Assembly: GCA_026710055.1 (NCBI GenBank)
Contig: JAPORV010000439.1
Span: forward strand, 1-61,903
DNA length: 61,903 nucleotides
Direction: 5' to 3'
Origin: Aestuariivita sp.
GTDB lineage: Bacteria; Pseudomonadota; Alphaproteobacteria; Rhodobacterales; Rhodobacteraceae
Below the pieces are notes generated by a model. The model saw nothing but the letters and a program-made list of their open reading frames with translations, was not told the DNA's origin and made no database searches. Made by a program: the position numbers and the translations under genes. Shown piece after piece: positions 28,718-37,166 of this stretch; the stretch's first letter is position 1, and the number at the start of each line of letters is the position of its first letter.

Positions 28718-29010
28718 CTACTGAAGAATTTTTAGCAAGTTCAAGACATGGCCAGGTGCGGTTGGATGTCGAAAATCCAAGGGGCCAACCTCTAGGGCGT
28801 TGCCGACAGCATCACAATATTTTTGCAGGTTTGTGAGGAAATCCTTTAATTCCTGTTCACTATGGGCACCAAGCGTTTCTCACTTGCGATACGTTTCTAA
28901 ATCACGATGTGCAATGATCTTATTCCGAGCCGGCTACACATGTTTTTCATATTCCTGCGATTTTTTATCAAGGTTTAGAATTTCATCCATAATATAGCTT
29001 TTACAGCCTT
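28718..29010 (-). pseudogene. Decayed HEPN/AbiU2-like paralog (in-frame stops)
   Basis: The minus-strand frame reads DEILNLDKKSQEYEKHV*PARNKIIAHRDLETYRK*ETLGAHSEQELKDFLTNLQKYCDAV... It matches the ARNKILAHNDLATYR region of 20365..21006 but carries at least 2 in-frame stops. Confidence 0.45.
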
Positions 29011-29400
29011 GGTTATTCTAGAGATGTGTTAAACGCTGTGTTGAAAGGTTATTCAACCTGCCTGTCTTTTTGAGCCCTGTCAAACGACCGACAGTCATTC
29101 CCGTTGAAATCGATTTCAGAGATGTGATATATACATAAAGATAAAGACATGTTGTGGTTTTTTTCATATATGAAGAAATACTATATGTTTATTTTGCTTT
29201 TCAACAAAAGGCCTGAAAGCGGAAAAAAATTCGCTTAAATGTAGAGTTTTGCAAGATCAATGGCTAACGAACGATATCGACTATCCGAAACTAATTACCT
29301 TGTGGGCAGGGTGGTTGATCGCTCGCTAAGGAACATTTTGCTGGCGTCATGGCACTGATGCGCGCCTCGCCGAACTGGACCGTGTTCAAACGGAATTTGA

Positions 29401-29712
29401 CACAGTCTTTTCCTAAGTATGAGGCGCAAAGGTTTCTAGCGCTGGGAGATGACGAATGACTCCCCCCCATATCCAAGTATCTGTGAAGGCCCTTACCTGC
29501 GCGGGAACCCCGTTTCCCTGTCCAAACGTTTGATTATAGTTCGCCTTAGAGTTGAACGGCGGGTCAAGATAGATCAGGTCAACGCACTGGCTCTGCCAAT
29601 CTTCCATGACTTTGAGACAGTCTCCGTAGTACAGGGAGTTGGGAATAGGGGAAGTCATTCGTCATCTCCCAGCGCTAGAAACCTTTGCGCCTCATACTTA
29701 GGAAAAGATTGT
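29401..29712. repeat. 61-bp inverted repeat pair (29401..29461 and 29652..29712, 1 mismatch) bracketing a ~190-bp segment
   Basis: The left arm is cacagtcttttcctaagtatgaggcgcaaaggtttctagcgctgggagatgacgaatgact. The reverse complement of the right arm differs only at position 5 (a for g). Confidence 0.9.
29462..29658 (-). pseudogene. 5' fragment of a DNA methyltransferase gene (DPPF motif), truncated by the left inverted-repeat arm
   Basis: MTSPIPNSLYYGDCLKVMEDWQSQCVDLIYLDPPFNSKANYN... is the typical N-terminus and motif IV (DPPF/Y) of beta-class N4/N6 methyltransferases. The reading frame runs into the repeat arm and stops after 81 codons (ORF 29413..29658). Confidence 0.6.
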
Positions 29713-29807
29713 GTATTGCGACCTACTGATGACATATATGTAGTTATCTCGCTATAAGTTTTGCCACGGCGTGGTGTAAATGTTGATAGAGATTTCGTTA
29801 TTGACAT
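29655..29807 (-). CDS. Hypothetical 50-aa ORF translationally coupled (ATGA) to the methyltransferase fragment
   Basis: The sequence is MSITKSLSTFTPRRGKTYSEITTYMSSVGRNTQSFPKYEAQRFLALGDDE. Its 3' end lies inside the right repeat arm. There is no homology support. Confidence 0.2.
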   Translation of the reverse strand: MSITKSLSTFTPRRGKTYSEITTYMSSVGRNTQSFPKYEAQRFLALGDDE

Positions 29808-30166
29808 GGTTCCAATCTTTAATTGCATTCATTAAAATGATGCTAACACATCTGACATTACTCATCAACGTTAAGTGGCGTTTTAATGAGAATGATTGAA
29901 ACAATCCGTTAATATCTTTTCATGTAAATCAAAATAACGGAGCACCTTGGTCATCCGTCCATTCATCGGCGGATATTCATCTGGTTTAAAGGTCCCATAC
30001 AATTCAAGAGTACAAGAAATAGCCAAATTCTTTCAACTTTATGGACGGGTCGTAAAGGAAATCGTGGAACCGCCGGATAAAATCACTCGGCTTATGCAAC
30101 AGATAAATTAAGGTCTTTTGACAGTTGCAGACAGCGTATTAGGTTTAACTCGTAACTGTTGCTGGC

Positions 30167-31564
30167 TTATTTTGAATTTAATCGCCCATAAAAGCTCCTT
30201 TCTAAATTTAATTCACCAATAACAGCTTTCTTTATCATCCCAAGAAAATACCCACTTGGTAATTTGACCTCACCAGTGCAGTACTTATCGAAAGTGAGTA
30301 CTAGAGCTAATGTTGCTGCAGGCGCCCCGAGTTTATTTTGAGCGAATGTCCATAGTTTTTTGGGAATACCAATCATTGGACTTAACTGAGTGACAGCGCG
30401 GTGCAGATCATCCCAATGCCGAATATAGCCATTTGCGCTATGCGCAAAAGACGCAAACTCTGAACAGGCTTCTAAAACAACTTCCAGTTTTATTCCAGTG
30501 TTGTATTTTTTATTTAGCTCTTCTTCTAATTTCTGAATTTCAATTGCGATAGAATTGCTATCAGATAATGCGTCTAATGTGTTACTCTTCTGGTTTTTTA
30601 CAACTGGTTCAGTAGTATCTATTAACATTCCTTGAGTAGAAATTCCCGATTTAAGTGATTTCACTTCCAATAAATGATCGTCTCCCCTACCCTTTTGATC
30701 GGAATAGTTTATCGAGGTATTCTCTTGTTGCTCAGAATTTAGCTTGTGAAATGCCTCTTCAATCTTTTCATTTATTGCCTGCAACGATGTTAGATAACGC
30801 TTTAGAACTTGTGGGCATTCTTTTCGATTAGGCATTTTAAGCAAATGATCTTCAAACATGCTATGTAGATTTACCCAAGTTTGATTTGAGCTATATTGTT
30901 TAGCATCATCTAAACTCTTGCGAATTAATCTTCGTAAGACTGTAATTTGCCTACGAAGTTGATCTCTATGCTCATTCTCGGCTTGAATCTCGTCTTCTAA
31001 TTGTTCAAATTCCTCTATTCGTTTTGCTAAAGGTGATAGATCAAAACCATAAGCCTCTGTGATAATACCTTCCCCGTTTCTTTTTCCCCAGCGTTTACCG
31101 TTTGGGCTATTTTTGAAATTAAGGACTCCAATTTTTTCCAAGCGGCGAGTATGACGTTTAACCGCAGAAAGCGATAGCCCAGTTCGTTCAATGAGCGATT
31201 GATTTGATGGCCAGACAATTGGTGTTCTTCCGTGATCCCAGTCTTTTGTTTGAGAATAAGAAAGAAGCGTATCCATGAGCATCATGGTGGTAGGTTTTAG
31301 GCCAATATATGCCCCTACTCTTTTGATGGCAGCGGTCGCCCTACCCTTAGATAAATGACGCACATTGGTAGTTTTGCGTTGTCTACTAACTTTCGCAGAT
31401 TGCTTTAATGAGGTTTGCCAGCTTGAATTTCGTAATTCATTCATCTGTGTGTGATTGATCGTCAATATACCAATGTCTGGTAATGTCGATTGTGCTGATT
31501 CTGTCATTACTTTAACAGTAGCCAACAAAAAACCCTTCTCATTTAATGAGAATTTGGCTTGCAA
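30167..31564 (-). CDS. repC: Replication initiator RepC
   Basis: 465-aa ORF; the true start may be an internal ATG. PIVWPSNQSLIERTGLSLSAVKRHTRRLEKIGVLNFKNSPNGKRWGKRNGEGIITEAYGFDLSPL is the hallmark RepC N-domain. The C-terminal ...LPSGYFLGMIKKAVIGELNLERS matches the RepC C-domain. The gene is third in a repA-repB-repC operon. Confidence 0.9.
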   Translation of the reverse strand: MQAKFSLNEKGFLLATVKVMTESAQSTLPDIGILTINHTQMNELRNSSWQTSLKQSAKVSRQRKTTNVRHLSKGRATAAIKRVGAYIGLKPTTMMLMDTLLSYSQTKDWDHGRTPIVWPSNQSLIERTGLSLSAVKRHTRRLEKIGVLNFKNSPNGKRWGKRNGEGIITEAYGFDLSPLAKRIEEFEQLEDEIQAENEHRDQLRRQITVLRRLIRKSLDDAKQYSSNQTWVNLHSMFEDHLLKMPNRKECPQVLKRYLTSLQAINEKIEEAFHKLNSEQQENTSINYSDQKGRGDDHLLEVKSLKSGISTQGMLIDTTEPVVKNQKSNTLDALSDSNSIAIEIQKLEEELNKKYNTGIKLEVVLEACSEFASFAHSANGYIRHWDDLHRAVTQLSPMIGIPKKLWTFAQNKLGAPAATLALVLTFDKYCTGEVKLPSGYFLGMIKKAVIGELNLERSFYGRLNSK

Positions 31565-31599
31565 AGTTCTATTGAAACTGCTAAAAGAAAATATTGTTT

Positions 31600-31685
31600 T
31601 GAATGTTGTCTGTTGGTCGCAGACATCAGCAAGTGCTGAATAAGTACTAGCAGCCCTCGAACTTTAGCTTCGGGGGTTTTCTTTT
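31600..31685 (+). ncRNA. Candidate repABC counter-transcribed RNA (ctRNA, incAlpha) with intrinsic terminator
   Basis: The repB-repC intergenic region carries a hairpin on the strand opposite the operon. Its stem is ccctcgaa/ttcggggg (31654..31661 and 31669..31676, 8 bp including one G-U), followed by ttttctttt. This is the canonical position and orientation of the repABC ctRNA. The 5' end is not defined. Confidence 0.4.
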
Positions 31686-31717
31686 ATTGACCTTTCTCCT
31701 TTCATTAATTTCATCAA

Positions 31718-32686
31718 TTATTGTAAATCACTTGTAGAGTTTACAGCTGTAAACTCTTGATGAGCATTTTGAATGATATTGGGCAGGTTAGCTTCTAGCC
31801 ATTCGCCAAATTGAGCATTGATACCAGTTTTTTTTGCAATCACGGTAACTTGTTGTTTGTTTGACTGGATTGAAACGCCATTCACCGGTATTGTCGGCTC
31901 ACTATTGAGTTTTTCTTTGTGAAAGATATTATCAATTGAGCGCAACAAAGTTTCTAATCGTTCATCAGAGTTGGCATTATGACATTGATGAAGAATTTGA
32001 GTTGCAAACTCTTTCGTAACAACATCAGACCTGAAATACTTCGCAAGTGTAGTCCACTTTGAACGTCCTGAATTTGGTGCAGCACCAATTTGATTACCAA
32101 CTTCATGGGGTACATATTTTGTAATATTTGTAAGATGTGATAATCCAGACTTTGAAACATTCAAAACATGCATTGTTGTTTTTGTATCATGTCCAAAACG
32201 TAGGATTTCATCCGCAAATCGTGCTCGTTCATAGAATGACAGATTTCGACGAGCGGCATTCTCCAGACCTTTTGCAAGCAAAGCGGACGCATCGTCAAGA
32301 TCTTGCACGTTAGCGCGAACCTTGATTTTTAGTTCACGACAAGCTTGTAAGCGTCGACGACCAAAGATTACTTCATAGCGCGTTTGGTTCTTTGTCTTTC
32401 GCACAAGAATAGGTACTTGCTGTCCACTGAGTTGAATACTTTCCTTTAGTGATTGAAAGTCTTGAGCATCATCTTTTGAGTGACTGTTGATAAATTCCGG
32501 AAGACGATCAATAGGTCCCCAATCATCAATTAAATTGACATCAATTTCTTTAATTGCCGCAAGCGAACCTTGTAATGCTCCTAAGACCGGAGATGATGGT
32601 TTAATTATGCGATCTTCTGGTTCATTATGGCTATGCACAATTGTTTTTGCGATTTTTGACATATCTTTGAGAGATTTACGCGCCAT
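31718..32686 (-). CDS. repB: Partition protein RepB (ParB family)
   Basis: 322 aa. The ParB-box-like sequence is QVPILVRKTKNQTRYEVIFGRRRLQACREL. The start overlaps the repA stop, and a parS palindrome lies in its 3' end. Confidence 0.88.
   Translation of the reverse strand: MARKSLKDMSKIAKTIVHSHNEPEDRIIKPSSPVLGALQGSLAAIKEIDVNLIDDWGPIDRLPEFINSHSKDDAQDFQSLKESIQLSGQQVPILVRKTKNQTRYEVIFGRRRLQACRELKIKVRANVQDLDDASALLAKGLENAARRNLSFYERARFADEILRFGHDTKTTMHVLNVSKSGLSHLTNITKYVPHEVGNQIGAAPNSGRSKWTTLAKYFRSDVVTKEFATQILHQCHNANSDERLETLLRSIDNIFHKEKLNSEPTIPVNGVSIQSNKQQVTVIAKKTGINAQFGEWLEANLPNIIQNAHQEFTAVNSTSDLQ
31739..31754. promoter_or_regulatory. parS centromere site (perfect palindrome GTTTACAGCTGTAAAC)
   Basis: The sequence matches the repABC parS consensus GTTNNCNGCNGNNAAC and lies inside the 3' end of repB. 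Confidence 0.75.
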
Positions 32687-33870
32687 TAGATTCTCCCCCA
32701 GACTTTCTTAATCATTTGTTCTACCTCAGTGCCGACTGCATCCATTGAAGATTTAGCACGGTCATAAGTTGCCCTAGTCATTTCAGATCTAACAACTTCG
32801 TAAATTGATTGTTTTAATAATGTTGCATCTGAGATGGCCGTGCTCTTTAAGGCTGTAGCAGACATAACGCGATCATGAAAAAGTGCGCGCATGAAGGAGG
32901 TTAATTGCTGTGAGGGTATATCCGTAGGTTCGTCACGCGAGATGAGAAACTTAAAATAATCATAATTGAGTGATGCGCCGTGTTGTTCAATAACATCCAT
33001 ATAAGCTGCTGAAAGTTCTAGAAATTGTGCTGTTGATGAAACATCAAGCATTGATGGCGTTAAAGGTACGATAATGGATGTTGCCGTTGCCATTCCGGTA
33101 ATAGTGAGAAAACCAAGTTGGGGTGGGCTATCAATGAGAATGAGATCGTAATCATCTTCAATTTGTTTCAGCGCCGAGCGAAGTCGTTCAAAGAATGGTG
33201 TTTCTTGGGATGTATTGACAGCAGAATCATTCTCGAATTCTGATAAAGCAAGTCGGGCTGGAGCAACTGATAGACCTGGAAAATATGTTGGTATGATAAC
33301 ATCACGCATCGGATGTTGATTATCGTATCCAATCGCATCATAAATTGTTAAGCCATCAAATTCCAATTCTGGGCTAATACCACACATGGAGGTAAGTGAA
33401 CCTTGCGGATCTAAATCAATGGCCAAGACTCGGTAGCCACGAAGCGCAAAATAATGTGCCAGATGAATAGCTGTTGTACTCTTGCTGCTTCCACCTTTGA
33501 AATTCATAAGCTGAAAAATTTGCAGTTTATCTCCGCGATTGCGTCTGGGCACATATTTTCCAGGTAAACGCGATGACTTCTCAAGGATATGCCGAGCATC
33601 TAAAATTTCTTGTGCGGAGTAATATCTTCGTCCTGCCTTTACTTCTTTTGGTTCTGCAAGAGTTCCTTCGCCATGTAATTTGCGCATAAATTGACCCGAA
33701 ACCCCGAGTAACTCAGCCGTTTCTGGGGCGGAAAACATACGAAGGGTTTTAATTTGCTCCGGAGAAAAAGCGGCTAACAAGTGCTCACGAATTGCTGACG
33801 ATAATCGTTCAGAAATTTCTCGTACAAGCGCTGATGGCTGTTGAACTTGTATCGGTGTCACGGGTAACAT
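32686..33870 (-). CDS. repA: Partition ATPase RepA (ParA family with N-terminal HTH)
   Basis: 394 aa with a deviant Walker A (MNFKGGSSKSTTAIHLA) and LAIDLDPQGSLT. An HTH-like N-terminus (FSAPETAELLGVSGQFMRKL) is present. It is the first gene of the operon. Confidence 0.92.
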   Translation of the reverse strand: MLPVTPIQVQQPSALVREISERLSSAIREHLLAAFSPEQIKTLRMFSAPETAELLGVSGQFMRKLHGEGTLAEPKEVKAGRRYYSAQEILDARHILEKSSRLPGKYVPRRNRGDKLQIFQLMNFKGGSSKSTTAIHLAHYFALRGYRVLAIDLDPQGSLTSMCGISPELEFDGLTIYDAIGYDNQHPMRDVIIPTYFPGLSVAPARLALSEFENDSAVNTSQETPFFERLRSALKQIEDDYDLILIDSPPQLGFLTITGMATATSIIVPLTPSMLDVSSTAQFLELSAAYMDVIEQHGASLNYDYFKFLISRDEPTDIPSQQLTSFMRALFHDRVMSATALKSTAISDATLLKQSIYEVVRSEMTRATYDRAKSSMDAVGTEVEQMIKKVWGRI

Positions 33871-34016
33871 TTAGTTGCTAAAATTTTCCAAATAACGCAT
33901 TTATTCTGCCACTAGCTTATAAGTACAGTATCTGTCAAGCCATTGTCAACAATTTTTCTATATTTTGTATGTGCGGTAAATTATGACCTATATTTACATT
34001 CATGTACTTCGTAAAG

Positions 34017-34032
34017 TTTACAACTGTAAACT
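34017..34032. promoter_or_regulatory. parS-like site (GTTTACAACTGTAAAC, 1 mismatch)
   Basis: This is a variant of the palindrome, about 150 bp upstream of repA. Confidence 0.55.
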
Positions 34033-34209
34033 GCTTTTATTACCGTAAATTAATTTTTTGATATCATCATTGCCACTACTAATTACATTGATATTTTCAT
34101 TTAGTAATTTGTATGTGGGGTTCATTTTTGAACCTCATGAGGTTCATTTTGCGCATGTTTATATACAAAGCAAGTTACGCTGTCTTGTTTATTCTCAGTG
34201 GCTGAAAGT

Positions 34210-34225
34210 GTTTACAGCTGTAAAC
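34210..34225. promoter_or_regulatory. parS centromere site (GTTTACAGCTGTAAAC)
   Basis: Perfect 16-bp palindrome. Confidence 0.75.
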
Positions 34226-34352
34226 TTAAAGTGATATTTAATGGTATTAAAACTAACACCCGTAATTTTGTTTGCGTGAGGAAATATTCAATGAACTATC
34301 AAGGTTGTCATGTCAATGATATGGAAATCGTTGCTCCTTGCCCTAATGATGT

Positions 34353-34643
34353 TCAAGCAGCGATCTCTGGGTTCTGAAAAAATCCGCAAGCTTGAGCTTT
34401 TGTATTACCCCAGCCAAAGTTTTCGTTATCTTGCATGGTGTGTGCAAGTTGAGCAAACCAGAATAGTTCTGGATCAACGTCGCGGTAAACGATATACTGG
34501 TGAGTTCCCCCGATTGGAATAACGCTATCGGCAGAAATATACCCAATGCGAGCTTCTGTCGCTCGGCGTGCTGCATCCGATAGAGTTCGGCCTGCAAAGA
34601 AAGTACCTTCTTTGATTTTGTTCGAAACATAAATGAACGCCAT
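34353..34643 (-). CDS. Hypothetical protein embedded in the parS array
   Basis: 96-aa ORF with ordinary protein-like composition. An alternative overlapping frame (34343..34708) looks less protein-like. No motif was recognised. Confidence 0.3.
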   Translation of the reverse strand: MAFIYVSNKIKEGTFFAGRTLSDAARRATEARIGYISADSVIPIGGTHQYIVYRDVDPELFWFAQLAHTMQDNENFGWGNTKAQACGFFQNPEIAA

Positions 34644-34737
34644 CTTTTACTCCTGTAACTCGTAAATCGCATGATTTCGTGTCGTAAGCAACGCAGATTA
34701 TCCCGCATTTAAATAATCAGCGATTTATATCATTAAA

Positions 34738-34753
34738 GTTTACAGCTGTAAAC
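34738..34753. promoter_or_regulatory. parS centromere site (GTTTACAGCTGTAAAC)
   Basis: Perfect 16-bp palindrome. Confidence 0.75.
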
Positions 34754-34894
34754 TCTAGTAATTTGGAAATGAATGCCTAAAAATTATCCTTAACGGAAGT
34801 CTTGTAAGATTATTTGGCGTTTAAAATAATGCCTTCGATAATAGCGAATATTGTGCTGATAAATATGCATATAATATCGGTGGAGGATCAAAGA

Positions 34895-34910
34895 GTTTAC
34901 AGCTGTAAAC
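34895..34910. promoter_or_regulatory. parS centromere site (GTTTACAGCTGTAAAC)
   Basis: Perfect 16-bp palindrome. Confidence 0.75.
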
Positions 34911-34995
34911 TTAAGCGAAATTGAAGCCGGTGAAGATGTGAACTGAACATTGAGCATTTACAAACATCAAATACAAAGCGGGTAGGGGGGTCAAA

Positions 34996-35011
34996 GTTTA
35001 CAAATGTAAAC
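34996..35011. promoter_or_regulatory. parS-like site (GTTTACAAATGTAAAC, degenerate centre)
   Basis: The arms are conserved, but the central GC is replaced by AA. Confidence 0.45.
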
Positions 35012-35151
35012 TTTACAGAATATTGATATTCGGTTTAAAATTATGATTAGTGTGATATTGATTTGTTTGGAAATATAAAAGAAAAGAAAATTCCGAATTT
35101 ACTATTTGAGTAAACAATTAAACTCAGGGTAAATGATGAGCGAGCATAGGG

Positions 35152-35167
35152 TTTACAGCTGTAAACT
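35152..35167. promoter_or_regulatory. parS centromere site (GTTTACAGCTGTAAAC)
   Basis: Perfect 16-bp palindrome. Confidence 0.75.
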
Positions 35168-35816
35168 TCATTAATATTTTAGAATAGGTGAGTTTGTCAG
35201 AATGTATTGACATTTCAAGATACGCAGGACAAACAGACACGTATTCTTCACAAGGGACTATCATAATGATCTTGAAGAGGCAAAAGCCACCCGTCTTTAT
35301 TGTGGGGATCGCAAGAGACCACTCATGACCCATCGACGCTTGCCCATCAGCATCCAAGATTTCAAACAATTACGGAATACTAATAGCTAGTGTCTGTTAA
35401 AAAACCTCTATTTTTCTCAAATTTCAAGAGTTTACCATGCATAAAAGTATATTTTTAAACGTGTTAACTTAACTGAAATATGTGGATGCCTTTTCTTCCA
35501 TTTAGCGAAGATTGGTTGATTCAATGGAAATCTTGTAAGATATTAAGAAATTGTACCAAATATTGGAAATCTTTGCCGGGGCAAACGCATCAGAAAAGTA
35601 CATATTTTCAACATTTTACCAGTGAATTTAGGGGTTTTTTAGCAGATACTAATTATATAAATAAAAGAAAAAATATTCTAGCGGGAATTGCTGAGCCGAT
35701 TTATTCGACAAAATAAGCTTACATCATCACCATATCGGGCAGAGTACGAACATCTGCGTAAGCGGAACCCATCGAGGGCATGTGCCTCAACGCCAAAAAC
35801 AGAATGAAGGGGGCTG

Positions 35817-36047
35817 TCAGGTGCGCAGTCTGAGCAACTGATCAACAGTCAGGGCGAAAATACCGAAAAACAAATGACACGCAACCTTCGCCGCACCCCG
35901 AACCCGGAGATGACGACCCCCATAGCTGTCCTTTAACGCCGCGTTCACTCGCTCAACACTAGAGCGTTGCTTGAACCGCTCTTTAGACGGGTCAACATGA
36001 CCCGTTGACCGTAAAGCAAGGGCCTCAAGACGCCGATGGGGGCTAAT
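35817..36047 (-). mobile_element. DDE transposase C-terminal remnant (IS4/IS5-like), 5'-truncated
   Basis: An open frame with no start reads ISPHRRLEALALRSTGHVDPSKERFKQRSSVERVNAALKDSYGGRHLRVRGAAKVACHLFFGIFALTVDQLLRLRT*. The VERVN-LKD--GGRH-RVRG--KV--HL-FG--ALT-DQL tail is typical of IS4/IS5-type transposases. It abuts the nrdJ stop codon. Confidence 0.7.
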
Positions 36048-36059
36048 ACGAAAAAATGT

Positions 36060-37166
36060 TTATGGTGAGCAGGGCGGTTTGTCCACATTTTCAACTTGTG
36101 ACTCTTGATGGGCTTTCAGTCCTATTTCTTTATTTTGCAGAAACCCGGTTGCTCTCATATGATGTTCAATAACCCTGCCAATCGCCGCGAGAATTGATGG
36201 GATGTATTTGCCGTCCATCCAGGCGCCCCCGCGTGGATCAAAAACGGCCTTGAGTTCTTCAACAACAAACGACACATCACCACCTCTGCGAAACACCGCC
36301 GAGATCATGCGCGTGAGAGCGACCGTCCAGGCAAAATGTTCCATGTTTTTAGAGTTGATGAAGACTTCAAACGGACGACGGTGGTCATGTTGAAGAATGT
36401 CATTAACAGTGATGTATAGTGCATGTTCGCTTTCTGGCCATTTCACTTTATAAGTGTGTCCCATGAGCGTATCGGGACGCTTGAGCGGCTCTGAGATATT
36501 GACGATGTCATTATCAGTATGCCGTGGAACGACGTCATCCGTCCCATCAACGACGGCGATTGTGTCCGTTGATATCTCTGTTCCGGGGACACTGAGAATA
36601 GATCCAGTGACCGCATTCGGGCGATAGGTTGTACAGCCTTTACAGCCGGTATCCCACGCCTGCATGTAGATATCTTTAAAGGCGTCAAAGTTGATATCGG
36701 CAGGGCAGTTGATGGTCTTGGAAATACTGGAATCAATCCATTTCTGAGCGGCGGCCTGCATCTTGATATGATCTGTGGGCGTGAGCGTTTGCGCATTGAC
36801 GAAGTATTCAGGTAATTCCCGCTCACCATATTTCTTGCGATACATGTGTACGGCATAATCAACGATATTTTCCTCAATTTTTGTACCGTCGTGTTGCAGC
36901 ACTTGACGGGTGTAGTCATAGGCAAACACGGGCTCAATGCCAGATGAGACATTTCCAGCGTACAGTGAAATTGTTCCCGTTGGGGCGATGGAGGTGAGAA
37001 GCGCATTCCGCAGTCCATTTTGACGCACAGCGTGAATCACCTTTTTGTTTAGAGCGCGCAGAGTTGCAGAGGAGAGAAACTGGTCGCGATTAAAAAGCGG
37101 AAAGGGGCCTTTTTCTTTTGCCAACTGTGCTGACGCCAAATACGCTGCGTTCGCGATAGCTTTCAT
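36060..37166 (-). CDS. nrdJ: Class II ribonucleotide reductase NrdJ, C-terminal half (same frame, begins immediately after the TAG)
   Basis: 368 aa. The sequence contains LLTSIAPTGTISL..GNVSSGIEPVF, SISKTINCP and GCKGCTTYRPN. It is contiguous and in frame with 37167..38285. Confidence 0.85.
   Translation of the reverse strand: MKAIANAAYLASAQLAKEKGPFPLFNRDQFLSSATLRALNKKVIHAVRQNGLRNALLTSIAPTGTISLYAGNVSSGIEPVFAYDYTRQVLQHDGTKIEENIVDYAVHMYRKKYGERELPEYFVNAQTLTPTDHIKMQAAAQKWIDSSISKTINCPADINFDAFKDIYMQAWDTGCKGCTTYRPNAVTGSILSVPGTEISTDTIAVVDGTDDVVPRHTDNDIVNISEPLKRPDTLMGHTYKVKWPESEHALYITVNDILQHDHRRPFEVFINSKNMEHFAWTVALTRMISAVFRRGGDVSFVVEELKAVFDPRGGAWMDGKYIPSILAAIGRVIEHHMRATGFLQNKEIGLKAHQESQVENVDKPPCSP

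Noticed and set aside
34343-34708. 121-aa ORF overlapping 34353..34643 on the same strand in a different frame.
   Set aside because: Only one of the two frames can be real. The 96-aa frame has the more protein-like composition, but neither has homology support, so only the 96-aa frame is listed, at low confidence.
36443-37018. 191-aa minus-strand ORF overlapping the nrdJ C-terminal half in another frame.
   Set aside because: It is an off-frame ORF inside a gene with unmistakable RNR motifs. Its Pro/Ser/Arg/Cys-rich sequence has no motif.
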